From positions 1-42,056 of IMG/VR virus record IMGVR_UViG_3300037722_000331: a DNA stretch of 42,056 nt. One strand, 5' to 3'. The stretch is from a virus. Lineage: Duplodnaviria > Caudoviricetes. The notes below the pieces were generated by a model. That model was not told the DNA's origin, did no database searches, and saw only the letters and a program-made list of their open reading frames with translations. The position numbers and the translations under genes are program-made. Numbering within the stretch: the stretch's first letter is position 1; each line of letters starts with the position of its first letter. Below, in pieces: positions 9,820 to 20,137 of the stretch.

Positions 9820-9850
9820 TCCTGTAGGCTGAGTATTCGTCTACAGATAA

Positions 9851-9891
9851 ACTCCAGGGAGGGCCTTATCCTTTCCTGCTCTCCCTGGGGT
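9851..9891 (+). terminator. Stem-loop after capsid gene (T-phi position)
   Basis: ACTCCAGGGAGGGC pairs with GCTCTCCCTGGGGT. There is no strong U-tract, so it may be a processing or stability hairpin. Confidence 0.5.
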
Positions 9892-9925
9892 CCCTGCCTT
9901 CTCGCATGACACATAAGAGGTCACA

Positions 9926-10567
9926 ATGGCCGGCCTTCCCTTCTCCCTTCCCGCCTCATTGAGCACACTTCTCGATGCAGTAAATGCCTGTCTCTTCTCA
10001 ATAGGAGAGGCCCCTGTATCGGATATTCTTGCCAATGAAGCCGTGGACGTTAACACAGCCATCGGCATCATCAATGCCATCGACCTCTCTGTGCAGTCCG
10101 TCGGGTGGTCCTGGAATAGAGAGACCTCTCTGCTCCTCAATCCTGACGCCAGCAAATTCATTCAACTTCCCGGACTTACCTTGCGCGTCTCCAATGCCTA
10201 TTGGGCATCTACGGGCTCGATTGCGCGGGTCGTTCAAAGGGGAACCCGGCTCTACAACACAGAAGATCACACCTTCGAGTTCACTGACGGGATAGAGGTT
10301 GACATGCTAACTCGGATGGATTTCGATCAACTCCCTGAGCCCGCCCGGCGGTACATTACAGCGCTTTCAGTAGATCGCTTCCAGGCGACACAACAGAATA
10401 ATTCGGGAGTCAAGCGCGTCACCGAGCAAGATATTGTTCTCGCCAAAGCCGCACTTGAACAGCACGAAGACGAAGTAGCGAGAACCAACGGCGTGAATTG
10501 TAATAAGTCTGTGCTGTCTGCGCTTTACGGACAGGGTGGATTGCGTAGACTTCGCAGGGGACAATAG
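9926..10567 (+). CDS. Tail tubular protein A (gp11-like)
   Basis: LDAVN..L.SIGEAPV, VQS.GWSWNRE, FDQLPEPARRYI. Confidence 0.93.
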   Translation: MAGLPFSLPASLSTLLDAVNACLFSIGEAPVSDILANEAVDVNTAIGIINAIDLSVQSVGWSWNRETSLLLNPDASKFIQLPGLTLRVSNAYWASTGSIARVVQRGTRLYNTEDHTFEFTDGIEVDMLTRMDFDQLPEPARRYITALSVDRFQATQQNNSGVKRVTEQDIVLAKAALEQHEDEVARTNGVNCNKSVLSALYGQGGLRRLRRGQ

Positions 10568-13080
10568 TGGTAAAGGTTTCTCGTTTCATTGATGCTCCCT
10601 TTCAAGGGATCAGTCAGGCACCCAACACCAGTCGCCTTGACGAACAGGTCGAGCGGGCGATCAACGGTATTGTCCTGCTGCCCGACGGGCTCACGAAACG
10701 CCCACCGCTAGATCGTATCGCTCGCTTGGACCTCACCAAGATATGGAGAGCGGATGGCTTGTTTGAGCTTATTGCCGGAAAGAATTTCGCTCTTCATATT
10801 CAATTGGAAGGCGGTACGGCATTCGTGCCCAGGGTCTTCGATCTTGCTACATTCACCGAGCAAACGCTGAACATCTCAGCGGCGGCTCAAACCTACCTGA
10901 ATACCGGAGTAGGGGGAACAATCGGAGTCCGGGATTTCAGGATCGTTACTATTGCGGATACCACCTTCATCGCCAACAAGCAGGTGACGGTTGCAAATGG
11001 CACAGCCACGCAAGCCACTCGGCCATTCGAAGCGCTGGTATGGGTTCGCCAATCCGAGTTCGCCAGAAAGTACAAGCTGACCGTGACCAAGACGGCCGGC
11101 ACTCCAAGGACAGGTGAGTACAAGACCCCGACCGGGGCCACCCAGGCTTCGAATGAGTTCATCGATACCGATAAGATCGTTTCCATTCTACTCAGCGCCA
11201 CGGCAGGCGGCGTTATTCCAGATGGAGGCGTAGCCATTGGCGAACTGAAAACAGACCTTGAGACTGACGGCTTCACTGTCACGGTTCTCGGGTCGGTCAT
11301 TCATCTTTCTCATCCGACCGTGGACTTTACCGTGGTAGGCCAGGACGGCCAGGGTGGGGCCGCGATGGAGGTCATCAAGAGCAAAGTTCCCTCCTTCGGC
11401 CGCCTTCCTCAGAGAGCCGTGGAAGGGTTCACTGTCAAGATCGTTCAGGACTCTGCATCGGAGCTTGATGACTTCTTCGTAAAATTCGAGACATCCGCCG
11501 GAAGCACAGAAGGGACATGGAAAGAGACCATAGCTCCCGGTGCCAATCTTGGTGTGAACCCCAACACACTGCCTCTGGTGCTTACTCAAAATCCGGGCAC
11601 AGGCGTATGGTCCCTTGATGTGGGTGCATGGAAAGGGAGACAAACAGGCGATGAGTTTCTCGACCTGGACCCGGAGTTCATCGGTGAGAAACTTGAGGAC
11701 GTTACCTTCTGGAAGGGCCGCCTGGTTTTCATTTTCCGTGAGAGCATTGCCTTATCGGCTAGTGACGATCCCTTCCTGTTCTATCGCAAGACCCTCGCCA
11801 CATTCCTCGCCAGCGATACCTTCGGGCTAACCTCCCCATTCGAGAAGATTTCTCTGTTCCGTTACGGCCTTACATTCGACACGCAACTCCTCATATTCTC
11901 TGACTTGGCCCAATTGAAGGTTATCTCCAAGGACGGCCTGACCTCGGCTGAAACTACGTCAATCGACACAACGAGTCAGTACGCCTTTGAGCCCCGCATC
12001 CGACCGCAGGCCGCAAACAGCCGTGTCTATTTCGTCACCCCCAAGGGCCTCACACAGACCTCCGTGTTTGAGCTTTCTATTGATGCTATCACGGATATAG
12101 ACGAGGCCGATGACCTCTCCCTGGCAATCCCTACGCTGCTGCCTAGTCAGATGGATCGCGTGACAACACTGGCCGCTTCATATCTGGCGATCTACGGTAA
12201 ATCAGGCACTAGTGCGTTGTTCGCCCACGTGTTCCGATATGCCGAACGCCAGCGTGTGCAGAATGGGTGGTTTCAATGGCAATTGCCCGAAGGTCTCGTG
12301 ACCGGCGGCATGTTCTTTGGGCAGGACTCCAAGCTGTATATCATGGCAATTGAAGCCGTGGCGGGGAACGATGTAGGGCACGTCTTCTCGATGGACATCT
12401 CGCCAGCCCGCCTCGATCCCGATCCTGCCTCCAGATACCTGACGCTGCTCGATGATCGGCGCACCGAAGCTGTTGCCACGCCTGTTTACACAGCGGTTAC
12501 AGATACCACTGCGATCCCCCTTCTGATGGATGGCACTGTGACAGGACGTGAGGTTGTTGTCGTCGCTCGGGCTCCTGGCGGTACCGGGGGCATCAAGCTG
12601 GGCGGGACGCTTCAACCTATCGCAGAGGGCACTCCGGCTACGATCTCTTCAGTGACGCCTAGCTCAGTTATTGTGAAGGGCGACTGGACAGCGGTGCCTT
12701 TCTGGGTAGGGTTCGAGTACACTCTGGAAGTGATCCTGAACAGGTTCTTTATGAGGGGCCAGGACGGGAAGCCTTTCAGAGGCGCAGGTCGCGTATCCAT
12801 GCGGCAGTTTATCGTCGATCTCTCAGACTCTGGCTTCATAGAGGTCAAGGTCAAACGGGGAAATCGGAAGGCCACTATCCATCAATTCCAGGGGTATATC
12901 TGGGGAGACTCCGAGTCTCTCTATGGCGTAAGTCCTTCCACTAGCACGGATTTCCGCGTAGCTCTCGGGGCGAAAGCAGAAGAAACCGAGGTCAGTCTTC
13001 TCAATAGTAGCTGGTTCCCTTCACGAGTGACCGGCTATACGTGGGTTGCCGAGTTCAATCCTAAAACCAGGAACGCCTGA
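10567..13080 (+). CDS. Tail tubular protein B (gp12-like)
   Basis: GISQAP, GLTKRPP, WKETIAPG, R..GD...P.F.G, Q.GW..W; 837 aa. Confidence 0.93.
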   Translation: MVKVSRFIDAPFQGISQAPNTSRLDEQVERAINGIVLLPDGLTKRPPLDRIARLDLTKIWRADGLFELIAGKNFALHIQLEGGTAFVPRVFDLATFTEQTLNISAAAQTYLNTGVGGTIGVRDFRIVTIADTTFIANKQVTVANGTATQATRPFEALVWVRQSEFARKYKLTVTKTAGTPRTGEYKTPTGATQASNEFIDTDKIVSILLSATAGGVIPDGGVAIGELKTDLETDGFTVTVLGSVIHLSHPTVDFTVVGQDGQGGAAMEVIKSKVPSFGRLPQRAVEGFTVKIVQDSASELDDFFVKFETSAGSTEGTWKETIAPGANLGVNPNTLPLVLTQNPGTGVWSLDVGAWKGRQTGDEFLDLDPEFIGEKLEDVTFWKGRLVFIFRESIALSASDDPFLFYRKTLATFLASDTFGLTSPFEKISLFRYGLTFDTQLLIFSDLAQLKVISKDGLTSAETTSIDTTSQYAFEPRIRPQAANSRVYFVTPKGLTQTSVFELSIDAITDIDEADDLSLAIPTLLPSQMDRVTTLAASYLAIYGKSGTSALFAHVFRYAERQRVQNGWFQWQLPEGLVTGGMFFGQDSKLYIMAIEAVAGNDVGHVFSMDISPARLDPDPASRYLTLLDDRRTEAVATPVYTAVTDTTAIPLLMDGTVTGREVVVVARAPGGTGGIKLGGTLQPIAEGTPATISSVTPSSVIVKGDWTAVPFWVGFEYTLEVILNRFFMRGQDGKPFRGAGRVSMRQFIVDLSDSGFIEVKVKRGNRKATIHQFQGYIWGDSESLYGVSPSTSTDFRVALGAKAEETEVSLLNSSWFPSRVTGYTWVAEFNPKTRNA

Positions 13081-13610
13081 TGTTGAAAGAATACTACATC
13101 CGCCGCCCTCAGCTTGTGGATTGTAACAGGCTGGCGAAGTGTATGCGCCAAGAGGATCGACAGGAATGTTGGGATAATGGTCATAGCCCTTTCAGGGCTC
13201 TCACCAAGGCCCTAAACAATGCCGAGTCCTCGACCTACATGCTCGTATGCGTTACCTCTCCGCAAGATGGCGTCATAGATGAGCGTGTCGTAGGGATGTG
13301 GGGTGCTGGCCTTATAAAGGGGGAGGGCATCATATGGTCCCTCTGGAGCACACTTGAACTCTCCGACAAGCGGTTCATCTGGAAGTGGATGACGCCGTGG
13401 ATCAGGCGGTGCATGAAGGACGTGGGTATAAAGCAGGCGCACAACGTGGTATGGTCCGATAACAGGATCGCGATGGAGTGGATTGAGCGTTCCGGCTGTT
13501 TCGAGCTTGACCTCAAGGACGCCACCATGCTAAACGGGCGGATGTACTTTCGGTTTCATACCAAGCCTGATCTGATTGAAAGAGTGTTGTCTAAAGAGGA
13601 CCCATCATAA
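13080..13610 (+). CDS. gp13-like protein
   Basis: MRQEDRQEC, NVVWSDN...WIERSG; position after gp12. Confidence 0.7.
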   Translation: MLKEYYIRRPQLVDCNRLAKCMRQEDRQECWDNGHSPFRALTKALNNAESSTYMLVCVTSPQDGVIDERVVGMWGAGLIKGEGIIWSLWSTLELSDKRFIWKWMTPWIRRCMKDVGIKQAHNVVWSDNRIAMEWIERSGCFELDLKDATMLNGRMYFRFHTKPDLIERVLSKEDPS

Positions 13611-14116
13611 TGTGTGATCCTGTATCACTTGGTGTCGCCACGGCTGCATTAAGCATAGGCGGAGCGGTTTCGAAATTTGCCGGCGAGCGGTCCCAAGCCA
13701 AATCAACCAGGGGCGCGGCTATCTCTAACTTTCAGGCCACCTTCTCAGCGCTGGAGGCTCGGTCTGCTGAGGTTAGCGAGTCTCAATCCGAAGGATCATT
13801 TGATAGGGCCATTGAGGCCGCCAGCAAACAGGGTCTCATTGCCGCAAGAGCTAGCGATGCCGGCCTGTCAGGATCGACTGTTGGTGCACAAATACAGGCC
13901 AGCGGATTTGAGACTGGCAGGGAACAAAGTCTTACAGCCCGCCAAGCAGAACTCCAGCGCCGCCAAATCGCCAGAGAAATCGAGAATGAGAACCGTGCAA
14001 AGGTGTCCACATTGAACGCTAATCGCGGCCCCGGCCTTCTCTCTTTAGTGCTTGGTATAGGTCAAGGCGCTCTTTCGGGAGCTTCGGCATTTACTGGGGC
14101 AGGAGGGAAAATTTAA
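13610..14116 (+). CDS. Internal virion / ejection protein (gp14-like)
   Basis: MCDPVS start, AGLSG motif, hydrophobic ends, synteny. Confidence 0.8.
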   Translation: MCDPVSLGVATAALSIGGAVSKFAGERSQAKSTRGAAISNFQATFSALEARSAEVSESQSEGSFDRAIEAASKQGLIAARASDAGLSGSTVGAQIQASGFETGREQSLTARQAELQRRQIAREIENENRAKVSTLNANRGPGLLSLVLGIGQGALSGASAFTGAGGKI

Positions 14117-14119
14117 GCC

Positions 14120-15754
14120 ATGAGCCAAACACGCCTCATTCCTGTTGCCGCACCCACAGGGCCCGTAGCACAGGCCGAACGGTCCAATACTGCCCTTGAT
14201 CTCGCCCAGTCGCTCAGCGGCGTCAATGCGGCCTTGCAACAATTCTCAGGACCTTTGATCGCTCAGAAGCAACAAGAACAAGCAACCAAGGGGCGAGCCG
14301 CCGCTCAGTCCGCACAGGGATTGGCGTTTGCCGATGCAGTACGGGACGGCAGGATTAAACCTACCCAAAACCCCTTCTTCATTAGCGCCTTCGATAGGGA
14401 GAGCGCGGCTATCAACGGCCGGCAATCTCTCACGCAATTGCAGATAGACTCTCTGAATTGGCCCGAGAGAAGCGATCCTGTCGCCTTTCAGCAGCGGTGG
14501 AATAAAGAGGTTTCTCAGTTATCGGCGCAGTTTACGAATGCCGATCAGATTGAGGGCTTTCAGGCTGTCAATGCAGAGGTCAGTTCTCAGGTCATCAACG
14601 GCAACACGGCTCAGGAGGCCAAGAGGATCGTTGACGCCCGTACTGCGAATGCAGGCGCGTTGATCGCTCAAAAAGTGGGAGACATCAACAGGTCTTTCGG
14701 AGGTAGCGCGCCTACGGCTGCCTTCTCGGAAGGGGTCGCGGAGCTTCGCGAAGACTTCATAAATACGGGAGGCAGCGTAGAGGAGTTCGATCAGCTATTC
14801 CTCGCTGGCGTGACCACCGCCGCGTTCTCTACGCAAAATCCCGACCTGTTCAATGCCCTCAAAGCTCCTCTTGAAGAGGGGGCCACTCCGATCTTCAATC
14901 GGCCGGGTGTTGCCGATCAGGTAGATAATGACGTGTTCAGGATCGAAAGCAATCATCGTCGCAAACTTACTGAGGGAGAGGAACTGGACAACATTCAATT
15001 ACGCCAAAGGGGCAGACAGGCCAAGGATACAATATTGACTTCCTTTGGCAAGCGCTTCCTCATCGGAGAAATCGGCCCAGACCAGGTTATCGCTGACCTC
15101 GAAAGCAAGGGGTTTTCTGCCCCCGAGATTGGCGTTGCTCTCCAGGAACTACAGAATATCTTCGCGGCAAGCAATGCGTGGTCCCGAGCTATCACGGGGA
15201 CAGGCGACGGAGGCGATGCTCAAAGCTTTGATCTGTTCCTCGACGCCTCTCAAAATGGGAGCAGCGATGCGCTTACGGAGAGCGTGAGGAGAGAACTTGC
15301 CGCTGGCACAATAGCGGCCACAGACGCGAGAACCATCATCAACGAGGCCCAGCAGGCTGATGAACGGCTTGGAAAAGCGCCTACGTTGAACGGGGCTACT
15401 GTGATCGACTCGCAGACTACGCTCAATAATCGATTAAAAGATATATCCGTGCTAGGTCTGAGAGAGACAGATGAGATACGCGAGAGATTTGCAGGGGTTG
15501 CTACACAAAAGGGGATAACCATACCATTCTTTGACGACGCGCTACTCCAAGATCGTATTCAAGCCTCAGCGGCTGCTGTGATGGCAGGAGATAAGCCTTC
15601 GTTCACGGACGCATTCAATGCCGCAAGGGCTGAAGAAGCTGTGGCCGTGAAGGAATACATTGACCAGTTGATAGCTTTGGGTATAGTAGCTCCAAGACAG
15701 CCTTCCTCGCTTTCACCTGTTGCTCCAGTTAGCACCCGATTGAGGCCCAGATAA
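14120..15754 (+). CDS. Internal virion protein (gp15-like)
   Basis: Synteny; LAQSLSGVN..L N-terminus; helical composition. Confidence 0.7.
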   Translation: MSQTRLIPVAAPTGPVAQAERSNTALDLAQSLSGVNAALQQFSGPLIAQKQQEQATKGRAAAQSAQGLAFADAVRDGRIKPTQNPFFISAFDRESAAINGRQSLTQLQIDSLNWPERSDPVAFQQRWNKEVSQLSAQFTNADQIEGFQAVNAEVSSQVINGNTAQEAKRIVDARTANAGALIAQKVGDINRSFGGSAPTAAFSEGVAELREDFINTGGSVEEFDQLFLAGVTTAAFSTQNPDLFNALKAPLEEGATPIFNRPGVADQVDNDVFRIESNHRRKLTEGEELDNIQLRQRGRQAKDTILTSFGKRFLIGEIGPDQVIADLESKGFSAPEIGVALQELQNIFAASNAWSRAITGTGDGGDAQSFDLFLDASQNGSSDALTESVRRELAAGTIAATDARTIINEAQQADERLGKAPTLNGATVIDSQTTLNNRLKDISVLGLRETDEIRERFAGVATQKGITIPFFDDALLQDRIQASAAAVMAGDKPSFTDAFNAARAEEAVAVKEYIDQLIALGIVAPRQPSSLSPVAPVSTRLRPR

Positions 15755-18700
15755 TGGCAGACGATCTAGATAGGGCGCTTCGCGATCTCGCATCGCTTAC
15801 GCCAGCACAAGCTCCCCAGCCGGAAGATGACGCTGATGCAGCTACGGGAGGTGTGGCCTCTTCGCCTTCTGTTGCTCCGGCTACAGCACCGGCTGGGGGG
15901 ACAGGGTCCCTTGGGGAGACTAAGAAAAAGGGCAGTTTGCTAACAGGCATCTCCAGGGCCGGAGAAGCGGCGCTGGCTCTCGTAAGCGGTACTCCTTCTG
16001 CTTTGAGGGGGCCTGGCGGGGATGTTGCCAAGGGGATCGCGATAGGCGTGGTAAGAGTGCCCGCTGTAGCTATCGGAAATACTCTCGATACTGCCGCCGA
16101 CATCGGAGCATACGGTGGTGAGTTTCTGTCGGATCAACTGCGAGGGACATCTCTTGAGAAACCCATCAGAAAAGGCGCTCGCGCAATCCTCAATGCTCCA
16201 GGCTTCAAACAAGCCGAGCAACTCATTAATTCATTCGACGCTGATGATAGTGGCGATCCTGACTTTGGGTTCGTACTTGGCGGGAGTGATTTTGGCTTTG
16301 ACCGTGTTGGAAATGACCTCGCGAATGACTTTACAGCACAGGCAGGAGCTTTTCTCACCGGATACGGCGCAGTTCGTTCTCTTGCGACCCGAGGCGTTCC
16401 TATCGCACGTAACGTGTTCAAGTCCCCCAGCCTCATTAAGAGAGTAGGCGCTGAAGTTGTCGCTGGTGGTATTGCCGATCTCACTGTGGTCACGGCTCAG
16501 GAGCGCAACCTCTCTGGGGTGCTTAAAGATCATGGCGTGTTGCCTGAGTTCCTGGACTTCATGGCAATTGATGACGATGATGGGCGGCTTGAGCAGAAAT
16601 TCAAGGGAGCCCTTGAGGGGGCCTTCATTGGGGCGGGATTGGAGTTCGTTGGAGACGGCCTTCTGCTAGCCTCCAAGGCGTACAAAAAGCTGCGGCAAGG
16701 TAAGGTAGTAGAGGCCGACTCGCTGATCGCACAGGCCAAAGAGAAATTAGGGGCTCCCGCCGATACGGGCACGAAAAAGATCAAGACCTCGGCCGTAGAT
16801 GGAGGCAAGGCTAATCCTGACCAGGCTCTGAAGGACAAGCTGGATCGCTCCTTCGCCCGGCAGAGAACGCTCGCCAAGGCTGCCCTCAATCGTAGAGCAC
16901 GTGCTGCTGGCGTAGCCTTGCCCACGGAAGAGGTTCCTGGAGCGGCGGCTACCAAGGTGCCAAAAGAAGGAGAGCCCACCAGGACCCTTCCCAGGGCTGC
17001 CAAGGAGGCTGAGACGGCGGCAAAGAATATCCGCCCTGTCTCCAAGGAGACTCTCGTTACGGATGCCAATAATGCTCTTCAAGTCGCGGGCGTTAACGAG
17101 CGGCTGACCGTGGAGGGGCTTTCTGTTTCGGCCGACGGTAAGTTCATCGTGTCCATCGATGCCCAACACAAGCTTCAGGATATGGGGATGGCGGATGCGT
17201 TCACTACGGCGAGAGAGGGAGTGACCGGGCCGAATACTATCGTATTCAGGGGTCAGGACAGCAAAGGCGAGGTCCGCGTTGCCGGTGCCATGACCAGAGA
17301 AAATTTCGCTGAGTTTGGGGCTCGCGTGAAGGCACTCGCCACGCTGGCGAAAGAGGCTGAGGGATTTGACGACGCGGGAAGAGTTCTGAAGAATGTCGTA
17401 GATATTAAGAAGGGGAAGAAGGGCCAGTTCACGTTCTCTCACGCCGGGTCCACCGTAGATGCCGCTGTTGCGATGCGCGCCATTGTGGACAGTCTGCCAG
17501 ATAGCATCAAGTCTGTGGTCTCAGATAAGGCCATGTCGAACGCTGTGGCGCAGTTGCGTCGGAGCATTGGCGGAGATGACGAGACTATCCTGGCATTCGC
17601 TCAATCTATTGCAGCTAGTCCTGACCAGCAGGCGGTTGCGATGCTGGTCACTCGGGTTTTCTTTGAAGACGCCAGCGCTGCGGTTGACGATGTTGCGAAG
17701 CTCGACTGGTTTACGGCTTCTCCAGAGGCTGTAGAGCAGGCCCTTGAACAGGTGCATCAATACACTGTGCTTGCTGCGCTCTTCTCTCAGCATAAGTCGG
17801 CCGCTGGACGTACCCTGCGTGCTCTACAAATTCCCAATAGGGACATCTACAAAGCGACTTTTGGCTTGGACAAGTCCGTGAGGGCTGGCCCTGATGAGTT
17901 TCCTCTTCCGCGTAATCGCCAAGAGCTGGCCGATTGGACCCGCATTTGGAAAGCCCTGGGAAATAACCCCGAAGGACGCCTCGATTGGGTATTCAGAAAG
18001 ACATTCAAATTGCAGAGTGGCTTTGGACGTACTCGTAATGCAATAGCGAACTTCTGGACCATGTCTATCTTAATGGCAGTAAGAACAGTTGACTTAAACG
18101 TCATTGGTCCTGCGCTTGTGGGCGGTCTCAGGACCTTTGAAAAGTCATCGGGCGCTGTGTTGCAGGCCATCGCTCCGGTAGCGAAATCTACAGGGCAGCG
18201 TATAGAGTTGCTTAATGAGGCAAGGGATGCAGCCCGTTCTTACGCTTCGTTAGGCTTTCAGACTACTTCTTTCTTTTCCAAAGCACTCTTCAATGCCTTA
18301 TCCGGTAATCCGATGTTAGCCGGACTAGATGATAATCTTGCAGCGACGGCAGGGAGATTTGCATCAAGGTCGTTCAAAGAGAACAAAGTTCTCACAGGGG
18401 CGCGAAATTCAGCCTTTGACTTTGAGAACAGGTTTCAAGCGGTCAATGAGGATGTCCTGGAGGCAAGTGGGCAAACAGGAGCATTTAATAAAGGGCTTCA
18501 CATTCTTGCCAACTATATCAACGTGCTGCCTAGAGTATTCTCTAGAGTCAATGCTAGCCTCGATGATTTTACGTCTCGGTTATCCGCTATAGGGGAGGCT
18601 CAGGCCGATGGTTATAGGCTGGCTCGTGAGCAGGATATTCCTGATGGACAAGTCCATCGTTTTGTAATGGACCACATAGGTTCTCAATTCGATGAACTTG

Positions 18701-20130
18701 GAGGGATCAGCGATAGAGAGTTCAAGAGGCGGGCGCTTCGTACTACACTGACGGATCAAGTCGGCACTACGTTAAAAAGCGGTGATGAGAGTTTGGGCAA
18801 GACAGCCGGTAACACCATCAATAAAATCCGCCGTAATTTCCCAGAGACTCGTTTCATAATCCCCATCTTTTCCATCACGGCCAACGGCCTCGGAGAAGGA
18901 CTACGACGCATCCCCGGTGCCAACCTCTTGCTTCAAAGGCATATGAGAGAATTGTCTGGAGAGTTCGGTAAGACGGCGGAGAATGAGGCTTATGGAAGGA
19001 TGCTTTCCGGGGCGGCGCTCACTCTGATTGGGCTTCAAATGGCAAGAAGCGGCAGACTTACGGGATCGGGGCCTGATGATCCTGCCGATCAAGCGGCATG
19101 GCAGGCGAAGTATCGCAAATGGTCGATGCGTATTGGAGATCAATGGGTTGACTATTCGCGATTTGACATCCTCAACGTAACCCTTGCTGTCCCGGCCGCG
19201 ATCTACGATAGCACTGTCTACCGCGCCCAGGATAAAGAGGCAGGCGAAAAGGCCATTCTAGGGGTAGCTGCAATTGCGGAGATGATGAGAGATCGTTCTG
19301 CTTTGCAGACCTTATCGGACTTTGCGTCAATCGGCGATCAGGGAGAGGGACGTACTATATCTAACGTGAACCGTTTCTTTAACGGTCTGGTTTCAGGCTT
19401 TGTGCCTAACTTCATTCCCACGCTTTTCACTGATCCATTGGACCCTGTTTTACGAGAGGCATCAAACCCGTGGGAAGCTGTGCTCAAAAAGCTGCCTTTC
19501 GCAAGCACTACTCTTGATCCGATTTTCGACACGTTCGGCAATCCAGTCTACAAGCCTCGCGATACTCTTCTGGAAGGTGTGCTTCCGATTACGCTTACCG
19601 ATGATGTTTCGTGGCAAGAGAACCCGGTTAGCAACGAAATTCACAGGCTGTATGAATCGACCGGATATGGTGCAGGATTGCGGCGGGCTGACCATCTTGA
19701 TGATGGCGAGTTCAAATCCGAACAGGTGAACCTCGAAGATGGGTCTTCAATGTTCTCAACCTACATGAGAATGCGCAGAACGACACGCATTAAAGGTAGA
19801 ACCCTTGAAGAGAGCGTAGGAGCCCTGATCGCCTCTCCCCGCTATGCCCGTGCTGTGGATGCGGGACCGGATGCGCGGCCACAGGGAAGGCAAGAAAGCA
19901 GAGGAAAGCTGATTGGTGATATATTCACGGATTTCAACAGCGAGATCAGAACGCAGCTTGCACGACAAAGCCCTATCGCTCGTAGACGGCTTGCATTGAC
20001 GCGAGCGAAGAGAGATGATACAGGGTCTCTTGCGACGCACTCTGTCGATGAACTGGCTGAGAACGAAGACCTGCTCAATGCCCTCGGTATCAATATCCAG
20101 GCATATGAGCGTAAAGTGACAGGACGGTAA
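15754..20130 (+). CDS. Large internal virion protein (gp16-like)
   Basis: 1458 aa before the fibre gene; LTGSGP, W.DYSRFD motifs. No transglycosylase motif recognised. Confidence 0.75.
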   Translation: MADDLDRALRDLASLTPAQAPQPEDDADAATGGVASSPSVAPATAPAGGTGSLGETKKKGSLLTGISRAGEAALALVSGTPSALRGPGGDVAKGIAIGVVRVPAVAIGNTLDTAADIGAYGGEFLSDQLRGTSLEKPIRKGARAILNAPGFKQAEQLINSFDADDSGDPDFGFVLGGSDFGFDRVGNDLANDFTAQAGAFLTGYGAVRSLATRGVPIARNVFKSPSLIKRVGAEVVAGGIADLTVVTAQERNLSGVLKDHGVLPEFLDFMAIDDDDGRLEQKFKGALEGAFIGAGLEFVGDGLLLASKAYKKLRQGKVVEADSLIAQAKEKLGAPADTGTKKIKTSAVDGGKANPDQALKDKLDRSFARQRTLAKAALNRRARAAGVALPTEEVPGAAATKVPKEGEPTRTLPRAAKEAETAAKNIRPVSKETLVTDANNALQVAGVNERLTVEGLSVSADGKFIVSIDAQHKLQDMGMADAFTTAREGVTGPNTIVFRGQDSKGEVRVAGAMTRENFAEFGARVKALATLAKEAEGFDDAGRVLKNVVDIKKGKKGQFTFSHAGSTVDAAVAMRAIVDSLPDSIKSVVSDKAMSNAVAQLRRSIGGDDETILAFAQSIAASPDQQAVAMLVTRVFFEDASAAVDDVAKLDWFTASPEAVEQALEQVHQYTVLAALFSQHKSAAGRTLRALQIPNRDIYKATFGLDKSVRAGPDEFPLPRNRQELADWTRIWKALGNNPEGRLDWVFRKTFKLQSGFGRTRNAIANFWTMSILMAVRTVDLNVIGPALVGGLRTFEKSSGAVLQAIAPVAKSTGQRIELLNEARDAARSYASLGFQTTSFFSKALFNALSGNPMLAGLDDNLAATAGRFASRSFKENKVLTGARNSAFDFENRFQAVNEDVLEASGQTGAFNKGLHILANYINVLPRVFSRVNASLDDFTSRLSAIGEAQADGYRLAREQDIPDGQVHRFVMDHIGSQFDELGGISDREFKRRALRTTLTDQVGTTLKSGDESLGKTAGNTINKIRRNFPETRFIIPIFSITANGLGEGLRRIPGANLLLQRHMRELSGEFGKTAENEAYGRMLSGAALTLIGLQMARSGRLTGSGPDDPADQAAWQAKYRKWSMRIGDQWVDYSRFDILNVTLAVPAAIYDSTVYRAQDKEAGEKAILGVAAIAEMMRDRSALQTLSDFASIGDQGEGRTISNVNRFFNGLVSGFVPNFIPTLFTDPLDPVLREASNPWEAVLKKLPFASTTLDPIFDTFGNPVYKPRDTLLEGVLPITLTDDVSWQENPVSNEIHRLYESTGYGAGLRRADHLDDGEFKSEQVNLEDGSSMFSTYMRMRRTTRIKGRTLEESVGALIASPRYARAVDAGPDARPQGRQESRGKLIGDIFTDFNSEIRTQLARQSPIARRRLALTRAKRDDTGSLATHSVDELAENEDLLNALGINIQAYERKVTGR

Positions 20131-20137
20131 CACAATC

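Noticed and set aside
9800-9850. T7 10B-like capsid frameshift extension
   Set aside because: The -1 frame stops within a few codons, and no slippery site is evident.
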